DNA of 64,000 bases, taken from Patescibacteria group bacterium (GTDB lineage: Bacteria > Patescibacteriota > Minisyncoccia > Phycocordibacterales > GCA-2747955). The stretch spans positions 254,196 to 318,195 of the forward strand of contig JBLYPV010000001.1 of NCBI GenBank assembly GCA_048538215.1, read 5' to 3'. This document shows positions 48,629 through 59,164 of this stretch, piece by piece. The notes beneath the pieces were generated by a model, which was not told the DNA's origin, did not search any database, and saw only the letters and a list, made by a program, of their open reading frames with translations. Numbering within the stretch: the stretch's first letter is position 1; each line of letters starts with the position of its first letter. The position numbers and the translations under genes were made by a program.

Positions 48629-48847
48629 CTATCCATCTCCAGAAGCGACACTTAATCGGTCGCCCGGAGTCGCGTAGGTGACTGCCCGAACAGCCCTACG
48701 CAATGCCTCAATGTCGGGCTCTGGCACCCCGCCAACACTTTCCCGCTCCAGAGCGGTAAGTGCTCGGACACGAATCCCACACCTGCGACAGACAGGGGTG
48801 GTGATGAAGTCGCCACACTTGGGGCACTCAACTTTTTTGTTTGACAT
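48629..48847 (-). CDS. small zinc-ribbon protein
   Basis: CPKC...CRRC; SD; GC hairpin terminator. Confidence 0.6.
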   Translation of the reverse strand: MSNKKVECPKCGDFITTPVCRRCGIRVRALTALERESVGGVPEPDIEALRRAVRAVTYATPGDRLSVASGDG

Positions 48848-48935
48848 CCTTACTCTCCCTTAAAAGTGCATTACTGGAAAGATCTTACTCATTAACAAGC
48901 TCTTATATACCAAACTATAGGAGTATTCGCAAGGG

Positions 48936-49622
48936 CTATCGATAATGCACCTCACCGATCCCATATCCATAGAATAACTCATCCATCATTTGCTCCATCT
49001 CTCGTGCTCTTTGTATAAGACTATAATCTTCATTGGAATAAGGCATATTATAGTATCTTTCGTGAGGAAAATGGTGACGATCTCTTAGTGGATATACTTT
49101 ATTCTCATACTGAAGATACCTCGTATCTTTTTCTAAAGCCATAAGTTCTGGTAGTGTGTAAAATAAGCTTGTGAGGAATACTGCCCCTCCGAACACTGCT
49201 ATAAACATTGCATAGAGCCACGCCTTAGCTGGATAAATAAAATAATTACGCCCACAAAAAAGGTATATTCCCAGCCATAGAATAAGAGTGAGAATCGCTA
49301 TATCCATAATGGCTCCACCTGCAATCAATCCAAGGTATGGAGCTAAATCAATATAAGCGAATAGCTCTACTCCAAAAGCAGTGTGGATGATTTGTGATAC
49401 CTGGTGAGGATCTCCAATAAGGAGAATCGCGGTTAGCGTGTCGAAAATAAGTGCAAATGAAGTAGCAATAATAATCGCCAGGCCAACGATCTGCCATACT
49501 CGTGCGAGGCGGATCTTGCTCAATTGAGCAATAAGCCATATCCATAGCCGAGTACAGTACCGCCACAAAACACCTAAGACATCCATTAATTCTCTGCCTA
49601 GATTTTTTTGTTTTTCACTCAT
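48936..49622 (-). CDS. hypothetical membrane protein
   Basis: Several TM helices. Confidence 0.65.
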   Translation of the reverse strand: MSEKQKNLGRELMDVLGVLWRYCTRLWIWLIAQLSKIRLARVWQIVGLAIIIATSFALIFDTLTAILLIGDPHQVSQIIHTAFGVELFAYIDLAPYLGLIAGGAIMDIAILTLILWLGIYLFCGRNYFIYPAKAWLYAMFIAVFGGAVFLTSLFYTLPELMALEKDTRYLQYENKVYPLRDRHHFPHERYYNMPYSNEDYSLIQRAREMEQMMDELFYGYGIGEVHYR

Positions 49623-49640
49623 AGTATCTATAGTACGAAA

Positions 49641-49889
49641 TTACTGGCTTTCATACAAGTCTTCAATATCTTGAGCAAGATTTTTATCTTTTTGTGTAAT
49701 CGTATGACGAGCACTATGAGTGGTGCTCGTAATATTTACCCACTTGTAATCATACACCCCTATATCTGGATGATGATTATGTGTATTGCATAGCAAAGCT
49801 ACTTGAGTAATAAAATTAATTGCTCTATCAAAATTTTCAAATTCAAAATTAGCTACTAAATAATTTTCTTGTTCTTCAAAATACTTCAT
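49641..49889 (-). CDS. pterin-4-alpha-carbinolamine dehydratase
   Basis: F.F.NF..A..F, HHPDI, TH....IT.KD..LA. Confidence 0.9.
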   Translation of the reverse strand: MKYFEEQENYLVANFEFENFDRAINFITQVALLCNTHNHHPDIGVYDYKWVNITSTTHSARHTITQKDKNLAQDIEDLYESQ

Positions 49890-49897
49890 ATATGTAG

Positions 49898-50506
49898 TTA
49901 CATTCCATTTTTGAATACAGAGTAATCAAATGATAAGTCCTCACGAATCAAACTCCCATACTTGGCATACACGAGAAGCTCATCAATTGAATTTTGTGCA
50001 CGAGTCTTGTGATAGTAATCACTCTCTAGAGCTTGATCAAGATCAGTAGTATTAAAAATATTTTCTACCTCCCGTATGATTAAGTAATCAGGGATAAGCA
50101 ACATACGATTATTTTTATTAATGCTTGATTTAAGCTCGGCAATTGGATAAGACCCTCCGCGTCCGGATGATACTCCTACCAATAGTGCTGGCTTATGCCC
50201 TACCGTCTGTCGATCCAGATGCATAATAATATTTTGGAGTGATGGTGGTACAGTACCATTCCATTCAGCTGCGATAATAATATAGCCATCACACGAAGCC
50301 AAAGGAGCTCGATATTGCTCCCAATTCAAAGCTTGCTCGCTTTCCTTCTTCCACATATCTTCACTCCACATAGGGAGTGCTACTTCATGCATATCTACAA
50401 GCTCAATTTCTTCTTTTTGTTTGCCTAAGTAATACGCACAATAATCTGCTACCTTGCGTGATCCTGAACGAGCTCGATTTGAGCCTACAATAATTCCAAT
50501 TTTCAT
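49898..50506 (-). CDS. NADPH-dependent FMN reductase family protein
   Basis: GS.R..S.S, EWNG..P..L.N, KP...VGVS.G..G. Confidence 0.88.
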   Translation of the reverse strand: MKIGIIVGSNRARSGSRKVADYCAYYLGKQKEEIELVDMHEVALPMWSEDMWKKESEQALNWEQYRAPLASCDGYIIIAAEWNGTVPPSLQNIIMHLDRQTVGHKPALLVGVSSGRGGSYPIAELKSSINKNNRMLLIPDYLIIREVENIFNTTDLDQALESDYYHKTRAQNSIDELLVYAKYGSLIREDLSFDYSVFKNGM

Positions 50507-50513
50507 ATATTAT

Positions 50514-51500
50514 TTATGCTAGTACTTCTTCTATTTTCTTTTTTATTCCATCTACATCAAGGCCGTGCTTGGCAAGTAGCTCCTCCGGATTGCCCGATTC
50601 ACCAAATAGGTCATCGATGCCGTGGATATATACCCGTACTCCTTGATCACATATACTCTCTACTACGGCACTGCCCAAACCACCTGCTTTTTGATGTTCT
50701 TCTACCGTGAGTATACGCCCACAATCTCTTACCGCCTGAGTGATTGCTTCTTTGTCGAGTGGCTTGATGGTATGCATATTTATTACTCGAATGCCAACCC
50801 CCCTTTCATCCATCTCTCTTACTGCTTGTAGTACATTGTAGGTCAGCGATCCAGCTGTAATAATAGCAAGGCTTAATGGGTGGTTTTTTGATTCATACAT
50901 TACCTGTGCTTTACCAAGCTCGAAAGGAGTGTCTATGGTGGTCATTACTGGTGTTTTTTGTTTTTCTAGTCGTAAGTAAGTAGGGGCACTTGTTTTAGCA
51001 ATCGCTTGTACTGCTTGTAGCGCTTGTATGCTATCGCAAGGATACACTACTTCCATTCGAGGAATTACGCGAGTGAGGGCAATATCCTCTATTGCCTGAT
51101 GCGTACCACCATCCCAAGCTACAGAAATTCCAGCATGTCCTCCTATGATTTTAACTGGCACATCATTGTAGCAAATAGTAGTACGGATTTGCTCCCAGTT
51201 TCGCCCTGGATTAAACATTGCGTATGAGGCAGCAAAAGGTATCTTACCCATAGCCGCCATCCCACTTGCCACACTCGCTAGGTTTTGCTCTGCTACTCCC
51301 ATCTCAATAAAACGATCTGGAAATGCATCACGAAAATGGTGCATACGAGTAGATTCTGTCAGATCACAACATAGACCGACTACCCTATCATCAGCTCGTG
51401 CTGCCTCTACAAGCCCTTCACCAAAGCCATTTCGGGTAGGCACTCGCTCAACATCTGTATCAAATAATAATGGATTTAATTTCAATTCTGGATTCAGCAT
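50514..51500 (-). CDS. transketolase C-terminal subunit
   Basis: E.GVAEQN, DG.THQ, EEH...GGLG. Confidence 0.93.
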   Translation of the reverse strand: MLNPELKLNPLLFDTDVERVPTRNGFGEGLVEAARADDRVVGLCCDLTESTRMHHFRDAFPDRFIEMGVAEQNLASVASGMAAMGKIPFAASYAMFNPGRNWEQIRTTICYNDVPVKIIGGHAGISVAWDGGTHQAIEDIALTRVIPRMEVVYPCDSIQALQAVQAIAKTSAPTYLRLEKQKTPVMTTIDTPFELGKAQVMYESKNHPLSLAIITAGSLTYNVLQAVREMDERGVGIRVINMHTIKPLDKEAITQAVRDCGRILTVEEHQKAGGLGSAVVESICDQGVRVYIHGIDDLFGESGNPEELLAKHGLDVDGIKKKIEEVLA

Positions 51501-51515
51501 ATATCTTATTATGGA

Positions 51516-52352
51516 TTATTTTTCAAGCTCTGCAATGGCCATTTGAGCCTCTTGAGCATTCGGTGCTTCACCGTGCCACTTATACTTGCGCTCCCACTCG
51601 CTCACTCCTTTTGAAGCAATAGTGTGCGCGATAATAAGGGTAGGCTTTTGAAAAACCGCTCGTCCTTGATCAATAGCATCAGCAATTTCTTCAATGTTGT
51701 GCCCATTAATATCAAGAACATGAAAGCCAAAGCTCTCCCATTTTTCACGATATGGCTCGAGTGGCATTATATCTTGGGTATGGCCATCAATTTGAATATT
51801 ATTTCTATCTACAATACAAATAAGATTACCTAAAGAGTGTTTGGAAGCAAGCATCGCCGCTTCCCAAATCTGGCCTTCATTTGTTTCACCATCTCCCATC
51901 AAGCAGAAAAAAGCTTTATTCGATTCACGCCCATTATCTATTCTATCGGCAAGCGCCATTCCTACCGCCTGTGAAAGTCCTGATCCAAGTGGACCTGATG
52001 ATGTCTCAAGTGCAGGGAGAAATTCTCGGTGTGGATGCCCTTGTAAGGGCGAATTAAAGCTACGCAAAGTATAGAGTACTGAGATATCAAAATACCCACT
52101 ATGTGCCATAGCGGCATACAGTACCGGACAGATATGCCCATTTGAGAGAATTAGCCGATCTCTATCTGGCCATTGAGGATTCTCGGGCTTGTGATTGAGT
52201 GAGTAAAAATAAAGAGTAGTAAACACATCAGCCATCCCTAAAGAACCAGCGGTGTGCCCTGAGCCAGCCTTCTCAAGCATTTTAACAATATCTATACGGA
52301 TAGCCTTAGCTCGTGCTTCTAATTCACTTACCTTTTGTGGGGAAATACTCAT
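51516..52352 (-). CDS. transketolase N-terminal subunit
   Basis: SGH, RDR.ILS.GH, LQGHP, GDGE.NEG..WEA. Confidence 0.93.
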   Translation of the reverse strand: MSISPQKVSELEARAKAIRIDIVKMLEKAGSGHTAGSLGMADVFTTLYFYSLNHKPENPQWPDRDRLILSNGHICPVLYAAMAHSGYFDISVLYTLRSFNSPLQGHPHREFLPALETSSGPLGSGLSQAVGMALADRIDNGRESNKAFFCLMGDGETNEGQIWEAAMLASKHSLGNLICIVDRNNIQIDGHTQDIMPLEPYREKWESFGFHVLDINGHNIEEIADAIDQGRAVFQKPTLIIAHTIASKGVSEWERKYKWHGEAPNAQEAQMAIAELEK

Positions 52353-52420
52353 AGGTATATTATGAATGATATTTATAAAATATCGAAATATATATTGGGG
52401 ACAAAAAAGCAAACTTATAC

Positions 52421-53122
52421 CTAAAGCTCTTTGGCTCGCTCTAGTAGCCCTCCTATATCTTGTGATTCAAATAAGCCAGAATTCATACCAAGCCGATCTG
52501 CTCCAGCTTGTATAAGCTTGCTTATGTGCACTTCTTTTACTCCTCCATCAATCTGGATTGGTATATCAGGAAAGGCTCGACGAATTCGACGGATCCTGTC
52601 GTAGACTTTTGGTGAAAGTGCTTGCCCGCTATAGCCCACTTTTTCAATCCCCATAATCTGAATGTATTCAAATTCGCTGTGAGACTCTAAGACCTTGCGA
52701 ATCTCATTGCGAGTATGTGATAGCCGTACTGCCAAACCACAACGAAATGGCAAGGATGTGCTCTTTGATTTTGTGTGCAATCGGTCAAAAAGCTCATCCC
52801 AACGATAGGTAGATCCTAAGTGAAAGACCACCCGATCAGGTGAGGCTTCGATGAGGGTACTACTCCAGCGAGTCATCACTTTTGGCTGATCTAAATCTAC
52901 CATCATATCAAGCTCTAATTTGAGCCCTAATTGTTTTGCTATATTTCGTATTTTCTCTACAGATGCCACTCTCCCTGAGGATGCATAGGTATGCGATGGT
53001 ACAAAATTACCATCAGTGATATCTACCTGCACAGTAGATACTAAGGTAGAGATTCGTTTCATACGAGAAACAATCGAAGAATACCGCTTTTCTAAAATAG
53101 CTGGGAGGATACGCTCTTGCAT
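52421..53122 (-). CDS. rpe: ribulose-phosphate 3-epimerase (divergent)
   Basis: QVD..DG.FVP, MG...G.SGQ, IQIDGGV. Confidence 0.8.
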   Translation of the reverse strand: MQERILPAILEKRYSSIVSRMKRISTLVSTVQVDITDGNFVPSHTYASSGRVASVEKIRNIAKQLGLKLELDMMVDLDQPKVMTRWSSTLIEASPDRVVFHLGSTYRWDELFDRLHTKSKSTSLPFRCGLAVRLSHTRNEIRKVLESHSEFEYIQIMGIEKVGYSGQALSPKVYDRIRRIRRAFPDIPIQIDGGVKEVHISKLIQAGADRLGMNSGLFESQDIGGLLERAKEL

Positions 53123-53204
53123 ATATTGAGTATAATACAATCGCACATACAATCAACAAAAGAATAATACAAAACCCACAGAATAATTCTGTGGGTTTTG
53201 TATG

Positions 53205-53657
53205 TTATCGCCAGCCGAGTGTGATGAATACAAATCTTTCAAATCCTCCGTACACTAAATCAAATAATTTGTGTTCGCGTACTTCAGCTTTTTGGATCGT
53301 CTTCACACTAGCGGGGCTTGTTTCTGTGTCCTCTTCAGTTTCATCTACATAAGTAGTGGTAGAAACTGTTGTGGTACTACTGGTATCGAGTGCACCAGAC
53401 CCGATTGCGACCGATGAAGTGGCCTTTACGCTTGCCGAGCTAGTGGCCGTCATCTCTGCAGGGGATGTCGTACTAGTAGACGAAGCACTAATAAGTCCTC
53501 CATATATGGCCGTCCCAGTGGCACCAGAAACAGCTACCACTGGTGAGTCCAAATTTATCTTATCGGACGATATTGCAACAGGTATCCCAGCGGATACCTG
53601 GGCAAGTGCACTATGTGCAAACAGAAGAGTAAACACAATTGCTACTCTTTTGAACAT
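53205..53657 (-). CDS. secreted Ser/Thr-rich hypothetical protein
   Basis: Signal peptide (ALA-Q). Confidence 0.6.
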   Translation of the reverse strand: MFKRVAIVFTLLFAHSALAQVSAGIPVAISSDKINLDSPVVAVSGATGTAIYGGLISASSTSTTSPAEMTATSSASVKATSSVAIGSGALDTSSTTTVSTTTYVDETEEDTETSPASVKTIQKAEVREHKLFDLVYGGFERFVFITLGWR

Positions 53658-53714
53658 AGTTTTCTAAATTGTGTGTATCGTAATGATACACATAGTCAGT
53701 ATAGCAAATGTGTA

Positions 53715-54281
53715 TTATTTGAACAGCCCGAGTATCCACTCGAATATTCTTTTGTACCAGGGTAGCGACGATTCACTCTCTGGAGTACTTGGCGGTGGTG
53801 TACTTGGCCCCACAAAGCCATCGCCAGGATTAGTCGTGGGCCCTTGTACCCATGGAGCATCCACCTCCCCATTGCTTTGCACTATTTGTATCATATGGCT
53901 TTTGGCATCTTCCAATGAATCAAATCGATATTGTGGATTACGCTCATCTACATAGCCAAGATCGTCAGAGAGAAACCAGATCATAATATCTCCCTCCTGG
54001 TAAAATGATCCACAAGAATGAGCAGCGCTTGTAATTTCTAGATCACCCATTACCTCACCTCGGTATGACTGTGTCACAGCAATGAGATACTGTGGCCCCG
54101 TGGTATTGTCTGATGCTTTTTCTACTTCTTTTACTTGCCCAAGGAATATATTTTGATATTTTTGATTGGCATAATTCTCTTCGATGCTTTTCATGCGGTC
54201 AGCATCGGGAGTAAAACTACAGCCCATTGCCACTCCTGCGCTTGCCAGAAATACTCCAATTATGATAGGTATTTTATACAT
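53715..54281 (-). CDS. secreted TIMP/NTR-like (OB-fold) hypothetical protein
   Basis: Signal peptide followed by 'CS', IF.G.V..V, 'SCG..Y..G'. Confidence 0.5.
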   Translation of the reverse strand: MYKIPIIIGVFLASAGVAMGCSFTPDADRMKSIEENYANQKYQNIFLGQVKEVEKASDNTTGPQYLIAVTQSYRGEVMGDLEITSAAHSCGSFYQEGDIMIWFLSDDLGYVDERNPQYRFDSLEDAKSHMIQIVQSNGEVDAPWVQGPTTNPGDGFVGPSTPPPSTPESESSLPWYKRIFEWILGLFK

Positions 54282-54282
54282 A

Positions 54283-55503
54283 TTATTCTTCTTTCTTTTT
54301 AATTTTAATACGCAACATCTTGCGCCCGAGCTTGAGCACTACCCCTTTTTCTAATTGCTCTCGGCTAAGCTTTATTTTTATTTTTTTTACTTTTTTGCCA
54401 TCTAATTGGACTGCTCCCTCATCTAATTTACGACGAGCCTCGCTTCCTGATTTTACTAATCCAGTATGTTTCAAAAGATCCATAATCTCTACGGGAGATT
54501 CGATAAGATGCTCGGGAATATCTTTTGGCACGCCTCCTTGAGAGAATTGTGTCTCCCAGTGTGTCTGTGCTTCTTGAGCAATTTCTTCTGAATGATACAT
54601 AGCGGTAATGATACGCGCTAAATCTTTCTTTATATCTCTTGGATTTGCTCCTTTGTCTAATTGTTTTTGATACCCTTGCACTTCTTTCATTGGTATACGA
54701 GTACAATAAATAAAATAATCCATGAGCAAATCATCATGCATCGACATTATTTTGCCATACATCTCAATAGGCTGATCTAGTATATTTACCGTATTGCCCC
54801 AACTTGAAGACATTTTCCTTCCATCTAATCCATTGATGAGACCCGTCATCACTACAGATTGTGGCTCCTGCTTGTATGCACGCTGAAGCTCACGCCCAGC
54901 AAGTAAATTAAATCGCTGGTCAGTACCACCCAATTCAACATCAGCTTCTATTGCTACCGAATCATAGCCCTGCATAAGCGGATATAAAACTTCTCGCAGT
55001 GATACTCGCTTGCCTGCATTTATTCGGCGTTTGATGTTGTCCCGTGCAATAAAATCTGCCACCGAGAATACATCTGCGTGCTCTCCAATCTCAGCGTAGC
55101 GTAATTTATTAAGCCACTCGCTATTTCTCCGTAATTCAACCTTATCCATATCTAAAATTTTTCCTGCCTGCTCGGCATAGGCTTTGAGATTTTTATTTAT
55201 TTGCTCTTTGCTAAGCATAGGGCGCTCACTTTCCTTGTCTGATGTATCACCTACTACACCAGTAGCATCACCTATAATAAGAATTATCTTGTGGCCGAGC
55301 TCTTGAAAGTCTCGTAATTTTAAAAGTGGGATAGAACGGCCGATGTGTAAGTGTGGGCTCGTGGGGTCTATGCCAAGCTTAATTCGTAATTGTTTGCCGG
55401 ACAATAGCTTGTCTCTCAATTCTTTTTGCTCTGGTAGAATTTCTTCTACTCCGCGCGTAAGTAGCTCATCTATCTTTTTCTTGTCAGTAATAACTTTTGC
55501 CAT
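54283..55503 (-). CDS. tyrS: tyrosine--tRNA ligase
   Basis: GIDPT...LHIGR, QGYDS, GG.DQ.FN, KMSSS, S4 domain. Confidence 0.97.
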   Translation of the reverse strand: MAKVITDKKKIDELLTRGVEEILPEQKELRDKLLSGKQLRIKLGIDPTSPHLHIGRSIPLLKLRDFQELGHKIILIIGDATGVVGDTSDKESERPMLSKEQINKNLKAYAEQAGKILDMDKVELRRNSEWLNKLRYAEIGEHADVFSVADFIARDNIKRRINAGKRVSLREVLYPLMQGYDSVAIEADVELGGTDQRFNLLAGRELQRAYKQEPQSVVMTGLINGLDGRKMSSSWGNTVNILDQPIEMYGKIMSMHDDLLMDYFIYCTRIPMKEVQGYQKQLDKGANPRDIKKDLARIITAMYHSEEIAQEAQTHWETQFSQGGVPKDIPEHLIESPVEIMDLLKHTGLVKSGSEARRKLDEGAVQLDGKKVKKIKIKLSREQLEKGVVLKLGRKMLRIKIKKKEE

Positions 55504-55580
55504 ACCCCCTATCATACCAACTTAATGCTAAAAATAAATATCCCCATAATCTTATTGATAAAAATTGCTATACTATCACC

Positions 55581-56315
55581 ATGGCTCGACGCTCACTTGG
55601 TATCCACATACGTTTTGGTGAAGACAAGACATCCATACTAGCTCTTACGATTGTAGTGTTTATTTTTATACTCTTTTGGTATTTCTCTATCTACAACCCT
55701 CCAATTACCAATTATCCGACCCCTACCCCAGAAAAAAATGTGGGAGTAGTGGCTTTTGGCGATTCACTCATTGCTGGAGTGGGTGCGCGACAAAATGGTG
55801 GCTTTGTAGAAATTCTTGCTCAGCGACTTAATATAGAAATTATTAATTTAGGAGAAGCAGGAGCAAGTGCTCATACTGTTTGGGGAAATATTGATGAGGT
55901 GCTTGAAGCATCTCCTCGAGTGGTCATTCTGGCTCTTGGCACAAGCGATGCTGTGGTACCTGTTACTCCTCGATACCAAATTGAGAGTCGACTTGAGCGA
56001 ATTATATCTACCTTACAAGAAGCAGGAAGCGCGGTAATCATTCTCGAAACTGCTTCTTATGCCTACGGCAATATGTATCGTAATGTCGCGAGCGCGCACC
56101 ATACTGCCCTTGTAAGAAATATACTCACCCCCCTACGAGGCAAGGGAGAATATATGTTTGATGAAGTGCACCCTAATGATGCTGGACACCAAATAATCGC
56201 GGATAAAGTGGAGCCAGTATTACGCCGTTTGATTGATCAAGATATTATTCTTAAGAATCAAAGTGATGGAAACAATTTGAAAAATTGGCTACGCATCCGT
56301 TCTGGTCTATACTAA
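55581..56315 (+). CDS. SGNH/GDSL hydrolase, membrane anchored
   Basis: AFGDSL..G.G, D..HPN..GH. Confidence 0.88.
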   Translation: MARRSLGIHIRFGEDKTSILALTIVVFIFILFWYFSIYNPPITNYPTPTPEKNVGVVAFGDSLIAGVGARQNGGFVEILAQRLNIEIINLGEAGASAHTVWGNIDEVLEASPRVVILALGTSDAVVPVTPRYQIESRLERIISTLQEAGSAVIILETASYAYGNMYRNVASAHHTALVRNILTPLRGKGEYMFDEVHPNDAGHQIIADKVEPVLRRLIDQDIILKNQSDGNNLKNWLRIRSGLY

Positions 56316-56565
56316 TTCCCTCTTTTTCTAAAAGGGCTATTTTTGTTTTATACCCTCCTCTATACGAGCCTACTTTTCCATCACTACGGACTACTCGGTG
56401 GCATGGCACTTCGATCAAATTTGGATTAGATGCACAAGCGCTTCCGACTGCTCGAACTGCTCGAGATTTTCCTACTGCTCGTGCCAATTCTTTATAGCTT
56501 GTAATGCGACCCTGTGGGATCTCCTCGAGCTTCGCCCATACTAATTTTTGAAAATCCGTAACCAT
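56251..56565 (-). CDS. ogt: methylated-DNA--protein-cysteine methyltransferase
   Basis: IP.G...SY..LA, RAVG.A...NP, PCHRVV. Confidence 0.9.
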   Translation of the reverse strand: MVTDFQKLVWAKLEEIPQGRITSYKELARAVGKSRAVRAVGSACASNPNLIEVPCHRVVRSDGKVGSYRGGYKTKIALLEKEGISIDQNGCVANFSNCFHHFDS

Positions 56566-56566
56566 T

Positions 56567-56911
56567 CTATTTATTGCTAAAAAAATTTCGTATAGACTGA
56601 TACCCAGCTATCACAAGCGCAATAAGTGCTGTTAAAATCAATGCAGCTATTGCAAATGGTAAAAGCCAGAAAAGCACCGTAAGCACCAGTGCTACTCCTA
56701 CGAAGAGTGCGAATAGAAAGATAAAGATGGTACCCAAACTAGAGTAGAGTATTTGTCGATGAAACTTATCGGCTGTATTGCGCGCGTATGCTTGTGCGCG
56801 TGATTGACCAAACCGAGCCCCCTTACTTTGCCCGCCCTCTTGAACAATCTCTGCATCTTCATATATTTCCTCTCCTTTGGTATTTTTATTAGTCATAGTC
56901 CTATTGTACAA
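56567..56911 (-). CDS. hypothetical membrane protein
   Basis: Hydrophobic C-terminal half. Confidence 0.6.
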   Translation of the reverse strand: MYNRTMTNKNTKGEEIYEDAEIVQEGGQSKGARFGQSRAQAYARNTADKFHRQILYSSLGTIFIFLFALFVGVALVLTVLFWLLPFAIAALILTALIALVIAGYQSIRNFFSNK

Positions 56912-56919
56912 TACACTCT

Positions 56920-58269
56920 ATGGCAAATACAATAAATACTTCCCCTCTTTCGGGCTATATGGAGCTCCTTCCGAGCCAACAACGACTATTTAATCAAATG
57001 CTCGATACTATTCGTAGTGTTTATGAAGAAAATGGCTTTATCCCTATGGATCAGCCCGTCATTGATCGCAGTGAATCTCTTTTGGCGAATGTGGGAGGTG
57101 ACACCACAAAAGAGCTTATTCGCATTGCCCGTGATGACGATAAAGAATTAGCGCTTCGTTTTGATCTCACGGTGCCCTTGGCACGCTTTGTAGCAAATAA
57201 TTATAACTCACTCTCTTTTCCTTTTCGTCGCTATGCAATTGGCAAGGTTTATCGTGGAGAGCGTGCTCAAGCTGGTCGCTTTCGTGAATTCTATCAGTGT
57301 GATGTGGACATCGTTGGCAATGAAACGCTCTCGCTGGGCTATGACGCTGATATTATCTTGCTGATGGCTAGAGTATTTCAAAAATTAAATATTGGAGATT
57401 TTGAAATTCGAATCAATAATCGAAAAATCCTCAATGGCTTGTTTGCTTGTTTAAATATCGCCACAGGACAGAGAATGGAAGTTTTGAGAGTTTTAGATAA
57501 AAAAGAAAAGCTTTCAGAAATTAATTTTAAAGAAGAATTATCTAAACTTAAGATAACAGACAGTCAAATTGAGGTTTTATTGCAGTTTGGTAAATGTAAA
57601 TCTCTCGAATCTTGGCAAGACTACGTAGATAGTAGCGACCTACTATTTGATGATGGGAGCTACTTAGCTGGAGTTGAAGAAATTAAACAAATATTCAATA
57701 TATTAAAACAATCAGCCCTAGGCTCTAATACTTTTATTTGGGACCCCTCAATTGCTCGTGGTTTGGATTACTACACGGGCACAGTCTTTGAAACACGCCT
57801 ACTTAAAGCACCCGAGATCGGCTCTATTTGTTCTGGTGGTCGCTATGATGATTTAGCCCAAGCTTATACTAGTCGCTCGCTCCCTGGCGTGGGGACCTCG
57901 ATTGGCCTGACCCGACTATTTGATCAATTACTCAAAAAAGAAATCATCGTTCCTAGTGCACAACAGAGTAAATCACAGGTGCTCATTATTCCACTCACCA
58001 AGGAGTATGCCCCTGCCCTTATGCTACAAGATGCTCTATTGGCACAATCTATCGCCTGTGAGATATCTTTCGCTGAATCAAAATTAGATAAGCGGATGAA
58101 TTATGCCGACAAGCTTGGTATTCCCTTTGTGGTGATTATCGGTGAAGATGAAATTGCTAATCAAAAATATACCTTGCGCAATATGGCAGATGGCAGTGAG
58201 CAAAAGCTCTCAACAGAAGCTATCATCAAAACCTTGCTCCGTGAGATCTCAGGCTCTCACGGAGCATAG
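56920..58269 (+). CDS. hisS: histidine--tRNA ligase
   Basis: LRFDLTVP.AR, RGER.Q.GRFREF.QCD, RGLDYYTG, GGRYD. Confidence 0.97.
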   Translation: MANTINTSPLSGYMELLPSQQRLFNQMLDTIRSVYEENGFIPMDQPVIDRSESLLANVGGDTTKELIRIARDDDKELALRFDLTVPLARFVANNYNSLSFPFRRYAIGKVYRGERAQAGRFREFYQCDVDIVGNETLSLGYDADIILLMARVFQKLNIGDFEIRINNRKILNGLFACLNIATGQRMEVLRVLDKKEKLSEINFKEELSKLKITDSQIEVLLQFGKCKSLESWQDYVDSSDLLFDDGSYLAGVEEIKQIFNILKQSALGSNTFIWDPSIARGLDYYTGTVFETRLLKAPEIGSICSGGRYDDLAQAYTSRSLPGVGTSIGLTRLFDQLLKKEIIVPSAQQSKSQVLIIPLTKEYAPALMLQDALLAQSIACEISFAESKLDKRMNYADKLGIPFVVIIGEDEIANQKYTLRNMADGSEQKLSTEAIIKTLLREISGSHGA

Positions 58270-58310
58270 CGATTGGCAATATTTCTAATTACTGCTACCA
58301 TTCTCGCTAT

Positions 58311-58889
58311 ATGAATCGTATTATTTTCGACATCGAAACCAAAAATTTCTTTGACACCGTGCACTCTACTAATCCTGCTGATTTAGATATTTCAGTAGTG
58401 TGCCTATACGAAAGTACTACCGATACCTACCACTCTTTTACTGAAGATCAATTTGATGAGATGTGGGATTTCTTTCGTCGAGCCGATACAATTGTGACCT
58501 ACAATGGCAACCATTTTGATATTCCCTGTCTTCAAGCAATCGCTCCAATCGATTTATCACATATCCACCATATTGATATCTTTGAAGATGTATATAAAGC
58601 AAGTGGTAAAAAGCTAGGGCTTGATGCCATAGCGCAAGCCACCCTTGGTATTGCTAAAAGTGGCCATGGTAGCGATGCTATTGCTTGGTGGAATGCTGGT
58701 GAGGTGCAAAAGATTATTGATTACTGTTTGCAAGATGTGCGTGTAACTAAAGAAGTATTTGATTATGCTGAAGCACACAAGAAGCTCTATTTTGAAGATA
58801 AGATTAGTCGTAAAAAAATTGAAATAGCTATTGATACTACCCATTGGATTCCTCAAGAAGATAATCCAGCACAAGGAGGCCTATTTTAA
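58311..58889 (+). CDS. RNase H-like (YprB/RNase_H_2) exonuclease
   Basis: FDIET, YNG..FDIP, YC.QDV. Confidence 0.85.
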   Translation: MNRIIFDIETKNFFDTVHSTNPADLDISVVCLYESTTDTYHSFTEDQFDEMWDFFRRADTIVTYNGNHFDIPCLQAIAPIDLSHIHHIDIFEDVYKASGKKLGLDAIAQATLGIAKSGHGSDAIAWWNAGEVQKIIDYCLQDVRVTKEVFDYAEAHKKLYFEDKISRKKIEIAIDTTHWIPQEDNPAQGGLF

Positions 58890-58893
58890 ATAA

Positions 58894-58925
58894 AAATCTC
58901 AAGAGCAATATCCCTCTTGAGGTTT
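58894..58925. terminator. terminator hairpin (probable original tRNA-Leu downstream flank)
   Basis: AAATCTCAAGAG-caatatcc-CTCTTGAGGTTT abutting the left att junction. Confidence 0.6.
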
Positions 58926-58928
58926 CTA

Positions 58929-59164
58929 GTGTGTTTATTGTACCAAGCTCGAACCTATTTCCAATCCAAACACTAGCAACGCGCGGAGCACACAGTGGCT
59001 TTGTATTTCACCGTACGCGTTGGAGTTTATCTCAATGCTACTCAGCGCCTCGGGGCGCTCGGTTCCTCGCGCAGCAATTCCCAAAATTTTCTTGCCTTAA
59101 AGAAAAAGCGAAAGGGGGTGTGGGGGAAGTCGCCAAAAAGTTGAAAGAAAATTTTGGGGTTGCT
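58929..59164 (+). repeat. 236-bp inverted repeat A (partner 61151..61386)
   Basis: Base-by-base reverse complement by eye; both copies give identical shadow-ORF translations in the ORF track. Confidence 0.95.
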
